Positions 28,831 through 41,286 of a DNA stretch of 64,000 bases are shown one piece after another; positions within the stretch are counted from its first letter, which is position 1; each line of letters starts with the position of its first letter. The stretch is from the human T2T-CHM13v2.0 reference genome, Homo sapiens. The translations under genes were made by a program, and so were the position numbers. Where the stretch lies: the NCBI RefSeq assembly GCF_009914755.1, contig NC_060938.1. One strand, given 5' to 3'. Under the pieces are notes generated by a model. That model worked only from the letters and a program-made list of their open reading frames with translations. It made no database searches and was not told the origin of the DNA.

Positions 28831-30325
28831 GGTTTTGTCTCTAATGGTGATGATGTATGCTTATGCAAGAGTTGTTTTTCACTGCTTTATATTGTAAAGC
28901 TTTAGAGAAAAAAGAAATACATCCTTTAGAGCTGGTATGACACTCTGCCCCATTGTTGCCAGGTTACAAGTATTGGATTTAGGTTTCTGCCTGTCACAAA
29001 GTTACCATAGCCATGGGCCATAGCCCCTGAATGGGAAAAGGGATAGTGAAGGTTACTGACTTGCCTCTTGTGACTGTGCTAACATGTTGGCCAAGCTGGA
29101 GACCATGCTCAGTCATTTAGAGCTCAGTGTTTTCAATGCTGAAGTGGAATGTTCACTTTGTGAGTCAGGGGATGTAAAGATCAAAATGTCGTGGTCCTGC
29201 CCTTAGGAGGAGTTCATGATATTCTTCTCACCTCCTATTCTTTTCCAAACAGACCCAAATGAAAGGAAAGATACATGTTTGAGAAAAAGCAACATTTTAA
29301 AAAAAGAGTAGACGTTGTTGGCCATGTAGCCCAACCATGCTTTGATAGAATGGTCATTTTCCACTTTAAATTTATTATTAACTTTGAACATTTTATTTAT
29401 GCTCAGAAGCTCAATATGTAGGCTTTAGTACACTCTTTAAAATTATACTTTGTCTTGAGTTTATGCTAAGTATAATTTCTGTTTTAAGTAGGGAAATTTT
29501 AGGAACATGGGAGAAGGGAAAGAATGAGATATCCAGGGGCTTAGAATTTATAAGGGCTCAAAGAGAGGCTGTTCATTGATAGATACTCCAGAATAGACAC
29601 GGGCCCTTGAAAAGCTTGTACCTTTGGGGAAAAGTAGACCAGGAAAATCTCAAGCCAGAGAAGGACTATGAAGCTTCTTTTTCCAGTTACACATGGAAAT
29701 AAGAGGTCTTGCATGAGAAACCTAAATCAACCCTATGTCTTAAGCAGGTTTTGAGTCTAAATTTATACTAATTGCATTGTGGAGCAGGTCTAGCCAAGAA
29801 ATTAACATGACAATCAGTCTCTAATCTGTCTGTCTATCTACTTACTTACCTACCAGTCAGGCCAAAGAGATTCCCACAAGTAGGTTAAAAAAAGTAAAGT
29901 CTGATAACAAATAATTAGTAAGAATGAATGAATAAATAAATAGCACAAAGGAACACTCTACCACAAGGAGGAGTACTCATCACATCAAATGAGAGAATAC
30001 CCTAAGAAAGTGAGATAATGCAGCAATCTGAAAGATATTTTACCATAACGTGTTTAAAATGATTAGTAATTAAAAAAAGAAGAAATTGAAATCATAAGGA
30101 AAGAATACAGTACTTTGAGAACAAAAGGACGGATTTGAAAAATAATCATAAGGGACTTCAACAAACAACAAAAAAAGTCATTAAATGTAGATTGCTTTGG
30201 CCAAATTAAGCAGCAAATTTGACATAGTCTGAAGAGACTTAGTTAGAATATATGACTGAGAAAATTATCACAAAATCCAACATCTATAAAGAGACATATC
30301 CCCTACTGTAGAAGTGAGGTTAAAA

Positions 30326-30436
30326 ATATATATATATATATATGTATATACATATATATGTATATATTTTCTGAAATATTTTCAGAAATATATATATGTG
30401 TATATATTTCTGCCATATATATATATATGGCAGAAA
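30326..30436. repeat. TA-rich repeat containing two perfect inverted repeats
   Basis: TTTCTGAAA-TAT-TTTCAGAAA at 30368-30388 and the 30-bp palindrome TTTCTGCC(AT)7GGCAGAAA at 30407-30436. Confidence 0.92.
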
Positions 30437-31295
30437 ATAGGAGGGAGTTTTAAGAGAGCCAGAGGCTATACTGCAATGATTGAACACATTTCTGATAAGA
30501 GCTTTAGGAGGAGAGAATAGAGAGATTGGAGGAAAGGCAAAACTTAGAATTTTCCAAAATTGAGGAAAAATATGAATCTTGTTTCAAGAAGAACAGAGAG
30601 CCTTGAACAGACTAAATAAAAATAAATTCTTATCTAAATGCATTGTACTTAAAATAGTAAAACACCAGAGCCAAAAAGAAGAATCTTAAAGGCAACTAGA
30701 GAAAAAAGATTACCTCTAATAAAACAAGTATGTCAATAATAAATTTCTCAACATGGAAAGTCAGAAGGCAGTGCAAATAAGTTCTTCAAGGAACTGTCAA
30801 CCTAAGAGAAAATAGCTGTCAACCTAGCTGAATTATCATTCTAGAATGAGGCAAAATACATTTTGAGACAAAGACTGAAAGTTTATCTATCTCAAACTTC
30901 AAACAAAAATATATTAAAGAAAAGCTTAAATGTGAAGAGAAAATATTTAAATCTTTACAAGAGAATATAAGGGAACATTTTTGTGATCTTGGGGCATAGA
31001 AGACTTTGTTAAACAGGCCCTAAAACCACAAGCCTAAACAGGAAAAGAGAGACAAATTTTGACTAGATTAAAACAGTATGCTTTTGTTCAACAAAAGACA
31101 TCATACACAAAATTTAAAGACAATCTACTGAAAGATAATGACAATGCATGTAACTATTAGAAGATTAATATCCAGAATACAAAAAAATAGCCCCAAATCA
31201 CTAACAACACAATAAAAAATGGACAGTGGATATGCAAAAGCAGTTCGCAGAAGGCAGGACTCGTATGTCCAATGAACATATGAAGAGTAGCTCAG

Positions 31296-31648
<353 letters not shown>

Positions 31649-32179
31649 TCAATGTGGAGGATAAATCAATAACTATCTATTGAGAATCAAAGGAAGCACA
31701 CTACTACCAGTAATTTTTACTCTACATAGATATCTTAAGGAACTCCACACATGCACAAGAAGAATCATACAAGGGTATATATCACAGCACTATCTATTAT
31801 ATGAAAAGTTGGAAACAATATTGTTTTCCACAGTAGTCTAACAGATGAAAAATTCATTTTCATTCATTCAGTATAATGAACTAGATGTATAATCTGTTAA
31901 CATGGATAAACCTCCAAACCTACTGCTGAGTGGAAAAAAACAAGTTATGACATGATACATCCATGATTCTATTTCAGTAAGAATTAAAAACCCATAAAGC
32001 AATGTTATATGAATACTAACATATGTAGTGAAAGTATAAAAGTGTGTGTATAGACTTTAGAACAGTGGTTCTGGAGAGGAAGAGATGAAAAGGGATAGAG
32101 GTTGGGCTTTAAATTATTTTCTTAATACAGAAAATTATATCACTTTAAATCTGTGTGGTCAGTAATGTGTGTCTGTTAT

Positions 32180-34658
32180 TGATATGGTTTGGCTGTGTCC
32201 CCACCCAAATCTCATCCTGAATTGTAACTCCCACAATTCCGACATGTCATGGGAGGAACCCAGTGGGAGGTGATTGAATTATGGGGGCAGGTCTTTCCTG
32301 CCCTGTTCTCATGATAGTGAATGAGTCTCATGAGATCTGATGGTTTTAAAAAATGGGAGTTTGCCTGCACAGCCTCTCTCTTTTTGCCTGCTGCCATCCA
32401 CCTAAGATGTGATTTATTCCTCCTTGCCTTACACCATGATTGTGAGGCTTCCCCAGCCACGTGGAACTGTAAATCCATTAAACCTCTTTCTTTTTTAAAT
32501 TGCCCTGTCTTGGGTATGTCTTTATCAGCACCATGAGAACAAACTAATACCGTAAATAGGTACCAGTAAAGTGGGGCATTGCTGAAAAGATACCTGAAAA
32601 TGTGGAAGTGACTTAGGAACTGGGTAACAGGTAGAGGTTGGAACAGTTTGGAGGGCTCAGAAGAAGACAGGAAAATGTGGGAAAGTTTGGAACTTCCTAG
32701 AGACTTGTTGAATGGCTTTGACCAAAAACCTCATAGTGAAATGTATAATAAGGTCCAGGCTGAGGTAGTTTCAGATGGAGATGAGGAACTTGTTGGGAAC
32801 TGGAGCAAAGGTGACTCTTGTTATGTTTCAGCAAAGGGATTGGTGGCATTTTGCCCCTGCCCTAGAGATTTGCGGAACTGAACTTGAGAGAGATGATTTA
32901 GGGTATCTGGTGGAAGAAATGTCTAAGCAACAAAGCATTCAAGAGGAAATTTCTAAGCAACAAAGCATTCAAGAGGTGACTTGGGTGCTGTTAAAGGCAT
33001 TCAGTTTTATAAAGGAAGCAGAGCATAAAAGTTAGGAAATGTTTCAGTCTGACAATACGATAGAAAAGAAAAACCCATTTTCTGAGGAGAAATTCAAGCA
33101 GGCTGAAGAAATGTGCACAAGTAACAAGCCGAATGTTAATCCCCAAGACAATGGGGGAAATGTCTCTAGGGCATGTCAGAGGTCTTCACAGCAGCCCCTC
33201 CCATCACAGGCCCAGAGGCCTATGTAAAAAAAAAAAATGGTTTTGTGGGCTGGGCCCAGAGTCCTTTTGCTGTGTACAGTCTAGCGACCGAGTGCCCTGT
33301 GTCTCAGCCGCTCCAGCCTTGACTAAAAGGAGCCAAGGAACAGCTCGGGCTGTGGCTTCAGAGTGTGCAAGCCCCAAGCCTTGGCAGCTTCCATGTGGTG
33401 TTGAGCCTGTGGGTACACAGAAGTCAAGAAATGAGGTTTGTGAACCTCTGCCTAGATTTCTGAATATGTGTGGAAACACCTGGATGCCAAGACAGAAGTT
33501 TGCTACGGGGGCGGGGCCCTCACAGAGAACCTCTGCTAAGGCAGTGCAGAAGGGAAATGTGGGATCAGAGCCCCCACACAGAGTGCCTACTGGGGCACCA
33601 CCTAGTGGAGTGGTCTCACTGTCACCTAGCCTGGAGTGCAGTGGCACAGTCACAGCTCACTGTAGCCTCAGCTTCCTAGGTTCAAGTGATCCTCCCACCT
33701 CAGCCTCCTGAGTAGCTGGGACTACAGACACATGCCACCACACCGAGCAAATGCCACTGTCCTCCAGACCCCAGAATGGTAGATCCACTGACAGCTTGCA
33801 CTATTTGCCTGGAAAAGCTGCAAACATTCAATGCCAGCCTATGAAAGCAGCTGGGAGGGAGGCTGTACCCTGCAAAGCCACAGGTGCAGAGCTGCCCAAG
33901 ACCGTGGGAACCTACCCCTTGCATCAGCATGACCTAGATATGAGACCTAGAGTCAAACGAGATCATTTTGGAGCTTTAAAATTTGACTGCCACACTTAAT
34001 TTCAGACTTGCATGGGCCCTGTAACCCCTTTGTTTTGGCCAATTTATCCCATTTGGAACAGCTGAATTTATCCAATACCTGTACCCCCATTGTATCTAAG
34101 AAGTAACTAGCTTGCTTTTGATTTTACAGGCTCATAGGCAAAGGGACTTGCTTTGTCTCAGATTACACTTTTGACTGTGGACTTTTGGGTTAATATTGAA
34201 ATGGGTTAATATTTTGGGGGACTGTTGGGAAGGCATGATTGGATTTTGAAATGTGAGGACATGAGATTTGGAGGGGCCAGATGCAAAATGGTATGGTTTG
34301 GCTGTGTCCCCACCCAAATCTCATCTTGAATTGTAACTCCCACAATTCCCATGTGTCATGGGAGGAACCTGGTGGGAGGTGATTGAATTATGGGGGTGGA
34401 TCTTTCCTGTGCTGTTCTCATGATAGTGAATGAGTCTCATGAGATCTGATTGTTTTAAGAAACGGGAGTTTGCCCACACAACCTCTTTCTTTCTGCCTGC
34501 CGCCATTCATGTAAGATATGACTTACTCCTTGCCTTCCGCCATGATTGTGAGGCTTCCCCACCCACATGGAACTGTAAGTCCAATGAAACCTCTTTCTTT
34601 TTTAAATTGCCCAGTCTCAGGTATGTCTTTACCAGCAACATGCAAACGGCCTGATACA
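32180..34658 (+). mobile_element. Complete THE1 (THE1C-like, MaLR) provirus: LTR 32180-32551, internal region, LTR 34289-34658
   Basis: Two homologous LTRs starting TG(A/G)TATGGTTTGGCTGTGTCCCCACCCAAATCTC; THE1-int sequence between them; 5-bp TSD GTTAT at 32175-32179 and 34659-34663. Confidence 0.95.
33612..33752 (-). mobile_element. Tail-less AluJ right-arm fragment inside THE1-int
   Basis: Antisense Alu right arm with no poly(A) tail and no TSD. Confidence 0.88.
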
Positions 34659-36077
34659 GTTATATTTTATTCAAGTTCATATGAAATATTTTATATTTTA
34701 AAATAAAATGTTTAAAATGAATGTGCAGAGTAAAAATAAAATGGAGGAAAGGGTGGTGAGCCAAGGACGCCTGCTGATGAAAGAATCTTCCATTCCAGGA
34801 GCTTATCAGGACCTGGAGTCTGTGTTCTAACCTCCCTGCCACAAGCAAAGGACCTTTTACATTTGAAATGTTAGTTCAAGGGATTCTGTTGGCTTTTCTG
34901 CCAAGCTAGAAACGTGGCTTTGGGAGTTGGTAAACAATTAAACTTTTGGGGGTAATTTCAGGTTTTCAAGAATCCTTTTTCTGACTACTAAAGGCAGTTG
35001 TTAGAAATAATGCTTTACTGTTGTGTAACAGTAGTCCTCAGGTACTGGATCATCAGATAAGAGAGACTAAGGGTTCTGCAATCTTAGTAGATGATGAATA
35101 ACAGATAAAGTGTTCCTCAGGTCCAGTGTCTAGGCCTTCAGTGCAGGTTCTCTTGGGCTGGGGGTGTATTTCGGGGGGTGGGGGTCCTCTAGGAAATAGT
35201 AACCATCAGATAGAAAGGAGACAGCTATCTAGCTCATAGGACTGGCTCATAGGCAGAAAGCACCTACTGGCCAGTGAAACCTGAAGTGTGGCACCTCTCT
35301 TTCTTCTTACAGCCTTCCTGGATCTTTCCCCTGTGAGATGCTGCTGCCCTAGGTGTAGATTTTCGCCACAGTGTGCCTGAATACATTGTTGGAACCTGAG
35401 GAAGTTTACAAAATTATTTCAGTAATTTGCAGCCTTTTAGAAGAAGTGACTTGTGCTAAATGCCAATTAAGTACTTCAAAACCAGTAACCCTGGACAGTT
35501 GAATTCTCTTTCCAGTTAAAACTGGTGAAGCTCCAGACAGTATTTGTTTTATTTAAATGAACTTTTAATTTTAGAATAGTTTTACAGTTACAGAGAAGTT
35601 GCAGAGATAATACAAAAAGTTCCTTCACACCCCTGCACCCAGTTTCCCCTATTGTTAACATCTTACATTACTATCTAGACAGTATTTTTAAGACATCAAT
35701 TTCTACCTTGTTGGGGATGTGGACATGTTTTATTCACAAATTTGATACCTCAAAGATTCTATGGACATGAAGGTATATAGCACAATTAAATGATTTTTCA
35801 TATATAAAGTAACCTGAAAATAAAAACGAGTGCCTTAGCAAAATAATGGACATCTTTTAAAATTACTGCCGTGGTGCTTCATACATCTCAGGGCTCCACA
35901 AATATTTATTGAAAGAAAGAGCAAGTGAATGCAGATGCATTGTCTCTCTGTGTCCTATAGAGAACCTCAAGTTCTTAAAGCTTTCAGAAAAGGTCAAATT
36001 ACCTCGTATATAACTTGTTCTGCCTTACCTAGGTTTGAATTCTTACTACTGATTGGCTTAAGACATAATTTATCCTT

Positions 36078-36383
36078 TCTTTGTTTTTGAAATCAAAATG
36101 ATTTTGAGCAGGGTCTGTCACCCAGCCTGGAGTGCAGTGGCACAATCATGGCTCACTGTAGCCTCAGCCTCCTGGACACAAGTGATCCTCCCACCTCAGC
36201 CTCCTGAGTAGCTGGGACTACAGATGCATGCCACCATGTTGAGCTAATTTTTGTATTTTTTGTACAGATGGGGTTTCACCGTGTTACCCATGGTGAACTC
36301 CTTGAACTTCTGGGATCAAGCAATCCACCTACCTCGGCCTCCCAAAGTGCTGGAATTACAGGCATGAGCCACTGTGCCTGGCC
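36078..36383 (-). mobile_element. AluJ with an 11-bp TSD
   Basis: TSD AATTTATCCTT at 36067-36077 and 36384-36394. Confidence 0.9.
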
Positions 36384-36396
36384 AATTTATCCTTAA

Positions 36397-37311
36397 TGAT
36401 ACAGGATTTTTCTCAGCCCCTTCACCAGACTCATAAAAGAGGCACCTCGTCTACTTGGTCCACTGTGCTCAACCCCTTGCTGGAGGGAGCACATGAGCAA
36501 GTGAGCATAGAATCTGGCAAGCTGCTCTGGGTGCCGAGACAGGAGCAAGCGCTGTGTGGGGCCCACAGCCAGACTAGGCATGTCACCTTGAGGGGAATGC
36601 AGTGGCACCTGGGTGAGGGTGCTTGTGATCCTGAAGCCCTAGAAAGGGGTATTACAGCGCTCCTTTAGTTCTGCTGTCTGCAGATGGTGGTATGTTAGTA
36701 GCTCAGTTGGCCCCTTGCCTCGTCATGTGGGGCAGTTGCCCTCCACCAGCAAAGGCAAAGGGCTGGTGTAACAGCCTTTCTGGGTACCCACACTTGGTGG
36801 GTCCCAAGCTCTTGTCCAGCATCCAAGAAGAATGAAGTCATATGGATGATTGAAAGATGGTGAAGGCAAAGAATTTTACTGAGTGATGAAAATGGCTCTC
36901 AGTGGAGAGGGAAGCTGGAGGGGGGATGGGAAGGGCAGGTGGTCTTCCCTGAAGTCAGGCCGTCTCCTCCTCTACCGACTGAGTCTGGTGTCTTTATAGG
37001 CACAGGATAGGGAGTGTGTGCTGACTGGTTTGTAATTACGCAAAAAAGGTTAAAGCGAAGACACCACTCAAAGGAGAGCATAACAGTGTAGAAAACCAAT
37101 TAGGAAAGGGTGGGTATATGTAAAATAGGGGAAGGGTGGGGATCAATCAGAGGAAAGTGTGCCAAACAGGAGGACAAGTTCTCAGTCCGGTCCTAGGAAT
37201 TAACTTGTAGCTTGGCTTTCAGGCTTTAAACTGTCTTTGGCATGGAGGTGGGGTTTCACTGGGGGCTTGCCCCTATCTGTCTAGGCATTTGGCTGCCTCC
37301 TGTTGCTATAA
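36397..37311 (-). mobile_element. Solo ERV1-class LTR (LTR28/MER52-like), ~915 bp
   Basis: Starts TGATACAGG and ends GCTATAA (degenerate TG..CA termini); 4-bp TSD TTAA at 36393-36396 and 37312-37315; minus-strand TATA box at 36993-36999. Family is from recall. Confidence 0.8.
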
Positions 37312-37727
37312 TTAATATCACAAATCCTTGGTGTTACCTCCATATGGCCACTTACTTTAAACTACCAGTAGGTAACAATAAATGCCTATTATTTGCCCTG
37401 CCCACTGTATCCTGGTGAACACTAAAGCATACACTTTTGGGGCTTTTTTAAATACTTTTTTCTGTCTTTAAGACTATAGATTTTGCTTCAGTATACAATT
37501 GACCAATGCTATATCCTATACTACTTTGTCAAAGAAGGTTTCATCTTGGGGTAATACCAACATAGGCATTATTATATGGAAAAATCATCTTTCGTAGTGC
37601 CCAAATATACTTTTTAAGTCTATAATCCAAGTAAACAGAAGAAACTGGAATGTTTTCATCAAGAAAAATAAAAAGGATTTATTTGGAAAGTAGACTATTC
37701 AGCAATTAATCTTTTTATGTATTTCAG

Positions 37728-37883
37728 GATTCAGCTGTGGAAATGGCTATGTCAAAACAACTTTCTCTTAATGCTCAAGAAAGCATGAAAAACACTGAAG
37801 ATGAGCGGAAAGTCAATGAGCTGCAAAATCAACCTTTAGAATTAGATACTATGTTAAGAAATGAACAATTAGAAGAGATAGAG
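37728..37883 (+). CDS. SYNE2: SYNE2 exon (~46), 156 bp, phase 0/0, DSAVEMAMSK...QLEEIE
   Basis: Acceptor tatttcag|GAT, donor GAG|gtatgg; follows a 17-kb intron. Confidence 0.93.
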
Positions 37884-38353
37884 GTATGGAAACATAAAAA
37901 CACTGACAACATGATTGCATCATTTATCCAGTGCAATACAATATATTTTAATTGCCAAAAACTTGCTTGTACAGAGTGAAAAGTCTTATTTAACCTTTGC
38001 CTGATGATCAATTTGGTAACTGTATAATTATGTACTAAGTAAGTTGTATAAATCTTTCCATTTAGAAAGTAGAAGAGTTAAAGGAACATTAGTCTTCTTT
38101 CTATTTCACAAAGTTCCTAAAGACTTAGTGAGAAAATTTGGAGATTTTGACTTGCCATCATTCCTTTTCTTACAAGTATATATTCTTCTGATTCTGACAA
38201 ATGTATTTTTCCTAACAATCAGTTCTATGAGGTTCTTCCCCCTTTGTTTTTACATCTGTGTTTACATAGTTATGTTTATGTATTTATGTGCTTCCAGCTT
38301 GTAAAGTAATCTAAAAATCCAATACATGGCCATATTTTAAAAAGTGAAACAGC

Positions 38354-39155
38354 AGCCAGACATGGTGGCTCATGTCTGTTATCCCAGCACTTTGGGAGGC
38401 CGAGGCGGGAGGATTGCCTGAGTCCAGGAGTTGGAGACCAGCCTGGGCAGCATTGCGAGACCCCATCTCTACCAAAAAATACAAAAATTATTTAGGCAAG
38501 ATGGTGTGTGCCTGTAGTTTCAGCTACTCAGGAGACTGAGACAGGAGGATTGCTTGAACCCAGAAGTTCAAGGTTGCAGTGAGGTGAGATTGTGGCACTG
38601 CATTCCAGCCTAGATGATGGAGCGAGATCCTGTCTCTAAAAAAAAAAAAAAAGCAAACTATAAACAACCCATGCAATTTTAGCTAAGTTTCCACAACAAT
38701 AAACACGCATCTAAAATAGGAAAGATGGGTGATGTATGTAAATAATAAAATTAAGATGAATTTCCCTTTAGATATTGCAGAACTCTTTAAGATAATAGAG
38801 TGATCTGACTGACATTAAATGCTGGACCAATGGTGAATTTTAGACTGGATTTTAACATGATTCTTGGGAAGAAAAACCTTTTAAATATTAGGGATGTGGT
38901 AGCTCATGGCTGTCATCCCAGTCCTTTGGGAGGCTGAGGTAGGAAGACTGTTTGAGGCCAGGAGTTCAAGACCAGCCTGGGCAATATAGCAAGACTCTCG
39001 GCTCTACAAAAATAAAAATAAAAAAAATTATCTGGGTGTGGTGACATGCACCTGTAGTCCTAGCTACTTGGGAGGCTGAGATGGGAGACCTGAGCCCAGG
39101 AATCTTAGGTTACAGTGAGCTATGATTGCACCCTGCACTCCAGCCTGGGTGACAA

Positions 39156-39187
<32 letters not shown>
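38354..39187 (+). mobile_element. Two sense AluJ elements (38354-38652; 38888-39187 with a (TAA)n tail)
   Basis: Alu consensus. Confidence 0.88.
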
Positions 39188-39188
<1 letters not shown>

Positions 39189-39339
39189 TTTTAAAGGTTA
39201 CAACTTTAGTTACCCTGTGTGCAAATGAGTTACCCTCTTCCTGAGATAGAGTGTGTTATCTCAAAGAGGAAAGAAGATGAATGAATTAATGCATAAATAA
39301 GTGAGTGTTTATTGACTGATCTGTGTGACTTATTTTTAG

Positions 39340-39605
39340 AAATTATATACCCAGTTGGAAGCAAAGAAAGCAGCCATTAAGCCACTGGAACAAACAGAAT
39401 GTCTTAACAAAACAGAAACTGGGGCCTTGGTTCTCCACAATATAGGATATTCGGCACAGCATTTGGACAATTTGCTTCAGGCACTTATTACTTTGAAGAA
39501 AAACAAAGAAAGCCAATATTGTGTCCTCAGAGATTTTCAGGAATACCTTGCTGCAGTTGAATCTTCAATGAAAGCCTTGTTGACAGACAAGGAAAGTCTT
39601 AAAGT
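39340..39605 (+). CDS. SYNE2: SYNE2 exon (~47), 266 bp, phase 0/2, KLYTQLEAKK...KESLK
   Basis: Acceptor tatttttag|AAA, donor GT|gtaagt; overlaps ORF 39355..39609. Confidence 0.93.
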
Positions 39606-39744
39606 GTAAGTGTAAGAATTTAGGACTTGCATTCTTTTTATTCAAGCACAACCATCTGCCACCTTGGACAGGCCCAGGGTTTTAAGAGTTTATATTGTGA
39701 AAGGAAATTATGATTTTAAAACCACAGGATGGAATGTTATTTCA

Positions 39745-40109
39745 TATGGATGCTGTCTTTGTTTGGGCTGCTATAACAAAATACTGCAGACTAAGAGGCT
39801 GATAAAAAACAAAATTATTTCTTACTGCCTTGGAGGGTGGGAAGTCCAAGATCAAGGCAGCAGAAGATTCAGCATCTGACGAGGACCTGCTCTCCAGTTC
39901 ACAGATGGCACATCTTAGCTGTGTCCTCATGTGGTAGCAGGAGAAGTGCAGCTCTCTGGAGTCTCTTTTATAAGGGCTCTACTCCTATCCTTAGGGGCTC
40001 CACCCTCATGACCTAATCACTCCTCAAAGTTCCTAACTCTTAGTGCTATTACATTGGTGATTAGGTTTCAAAATATGAATTTTAAGGGACACACATTCAG
40101 ACCATAGCA
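39745..40109 (-). mobile_element. MLT1A-like MaLR solo LTR
   Basis: gggctgctataacaaaatac...gaagtccaagatcaagg...acattcagaccatagca. Confidence 0.8.
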
Positions 40110-40465
40110 TTTAAGGAAACTGTTGGTTTCATGCAAAAAATAATTTATATAATTGAATATGTTTTACAGAGTAATTTATGAAACAATTCGCACTATAAAT
40201 ATCTACAAAATAGGTTTATGTTCTATGGAATTCAGTATTATTTTTGTCAAGAATTCTAAACTATGTGGGCAGGGGAGACAAGCATATGTAATTGTTTAGT
40301 ACCAGCATAATTAGTTAAATAGTTTGGTATATATTGAATATATATGTATTGGAATGGTTCTTTTAAAATATATGCACTTCTTTTGGCTTTGAAAATGATG
40401 GCAAATGGTATTAAATTTAGTCTTCATATGTAAATATTTTCTCATTATCAAAAAAGTTTATTTTA

Positions 40466-40781
<316 letters not shown>

Positions 40782-41286
40782 TTATCTAAATGGGGTTTAC
40801 TTTCAGTAACAGCCCTTGAGGAAACAATTTTAGATTAGCTTGATGATTACAGCTTTTTAGTCAATATTTTTCCCTTTGTTGAAAAGATGACAAGGGGGTT
40901 GGATATTATGGCAATATCTCTCATTCCTAGACTAACCTTTATACAAGTACTTTACAATTTACAAAATATTTTTATGTACATTCTTCCCTTCACTTCATTT
41001 TTTTCCTGTGGTTATTCATTTTTGGGATACTCATTTTCTTTGCTTTTTTTTTTTCACTCAAAGTAAAAGCCAAGATACTCATTTTATAGGAGAGTTTTCT
41101 ACACCAATTGAAAGCCACAGTAAACAAGATTCTGATTTTTATTTTAAGGATAGATTATTTTTACAGACAGCCTAATTTTTTCTGTGAATTTAGAGCAGAA
41201 TTAATTTCTTCTAATGATATTTATCCACATTTTAATGTAGAATAAGCATTAAATATTAACAAGCTCTATTTTTATTCTTTTTCTAG

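Noticed and set aside
33133-33711. 192-aa ORF and the antisense 149-aa ORF
   Set aside because: Degenerate THE1-int sequence fused to an Alu fragment, with no splice context. Neighbouring frames are broken.
34740-35460. Moderately GC-rich unique segment considered as an enhancer or G4 site
   Set aside because: Only one short G-run cluster (~35156-35184); function cannot be supported from sequence alone.
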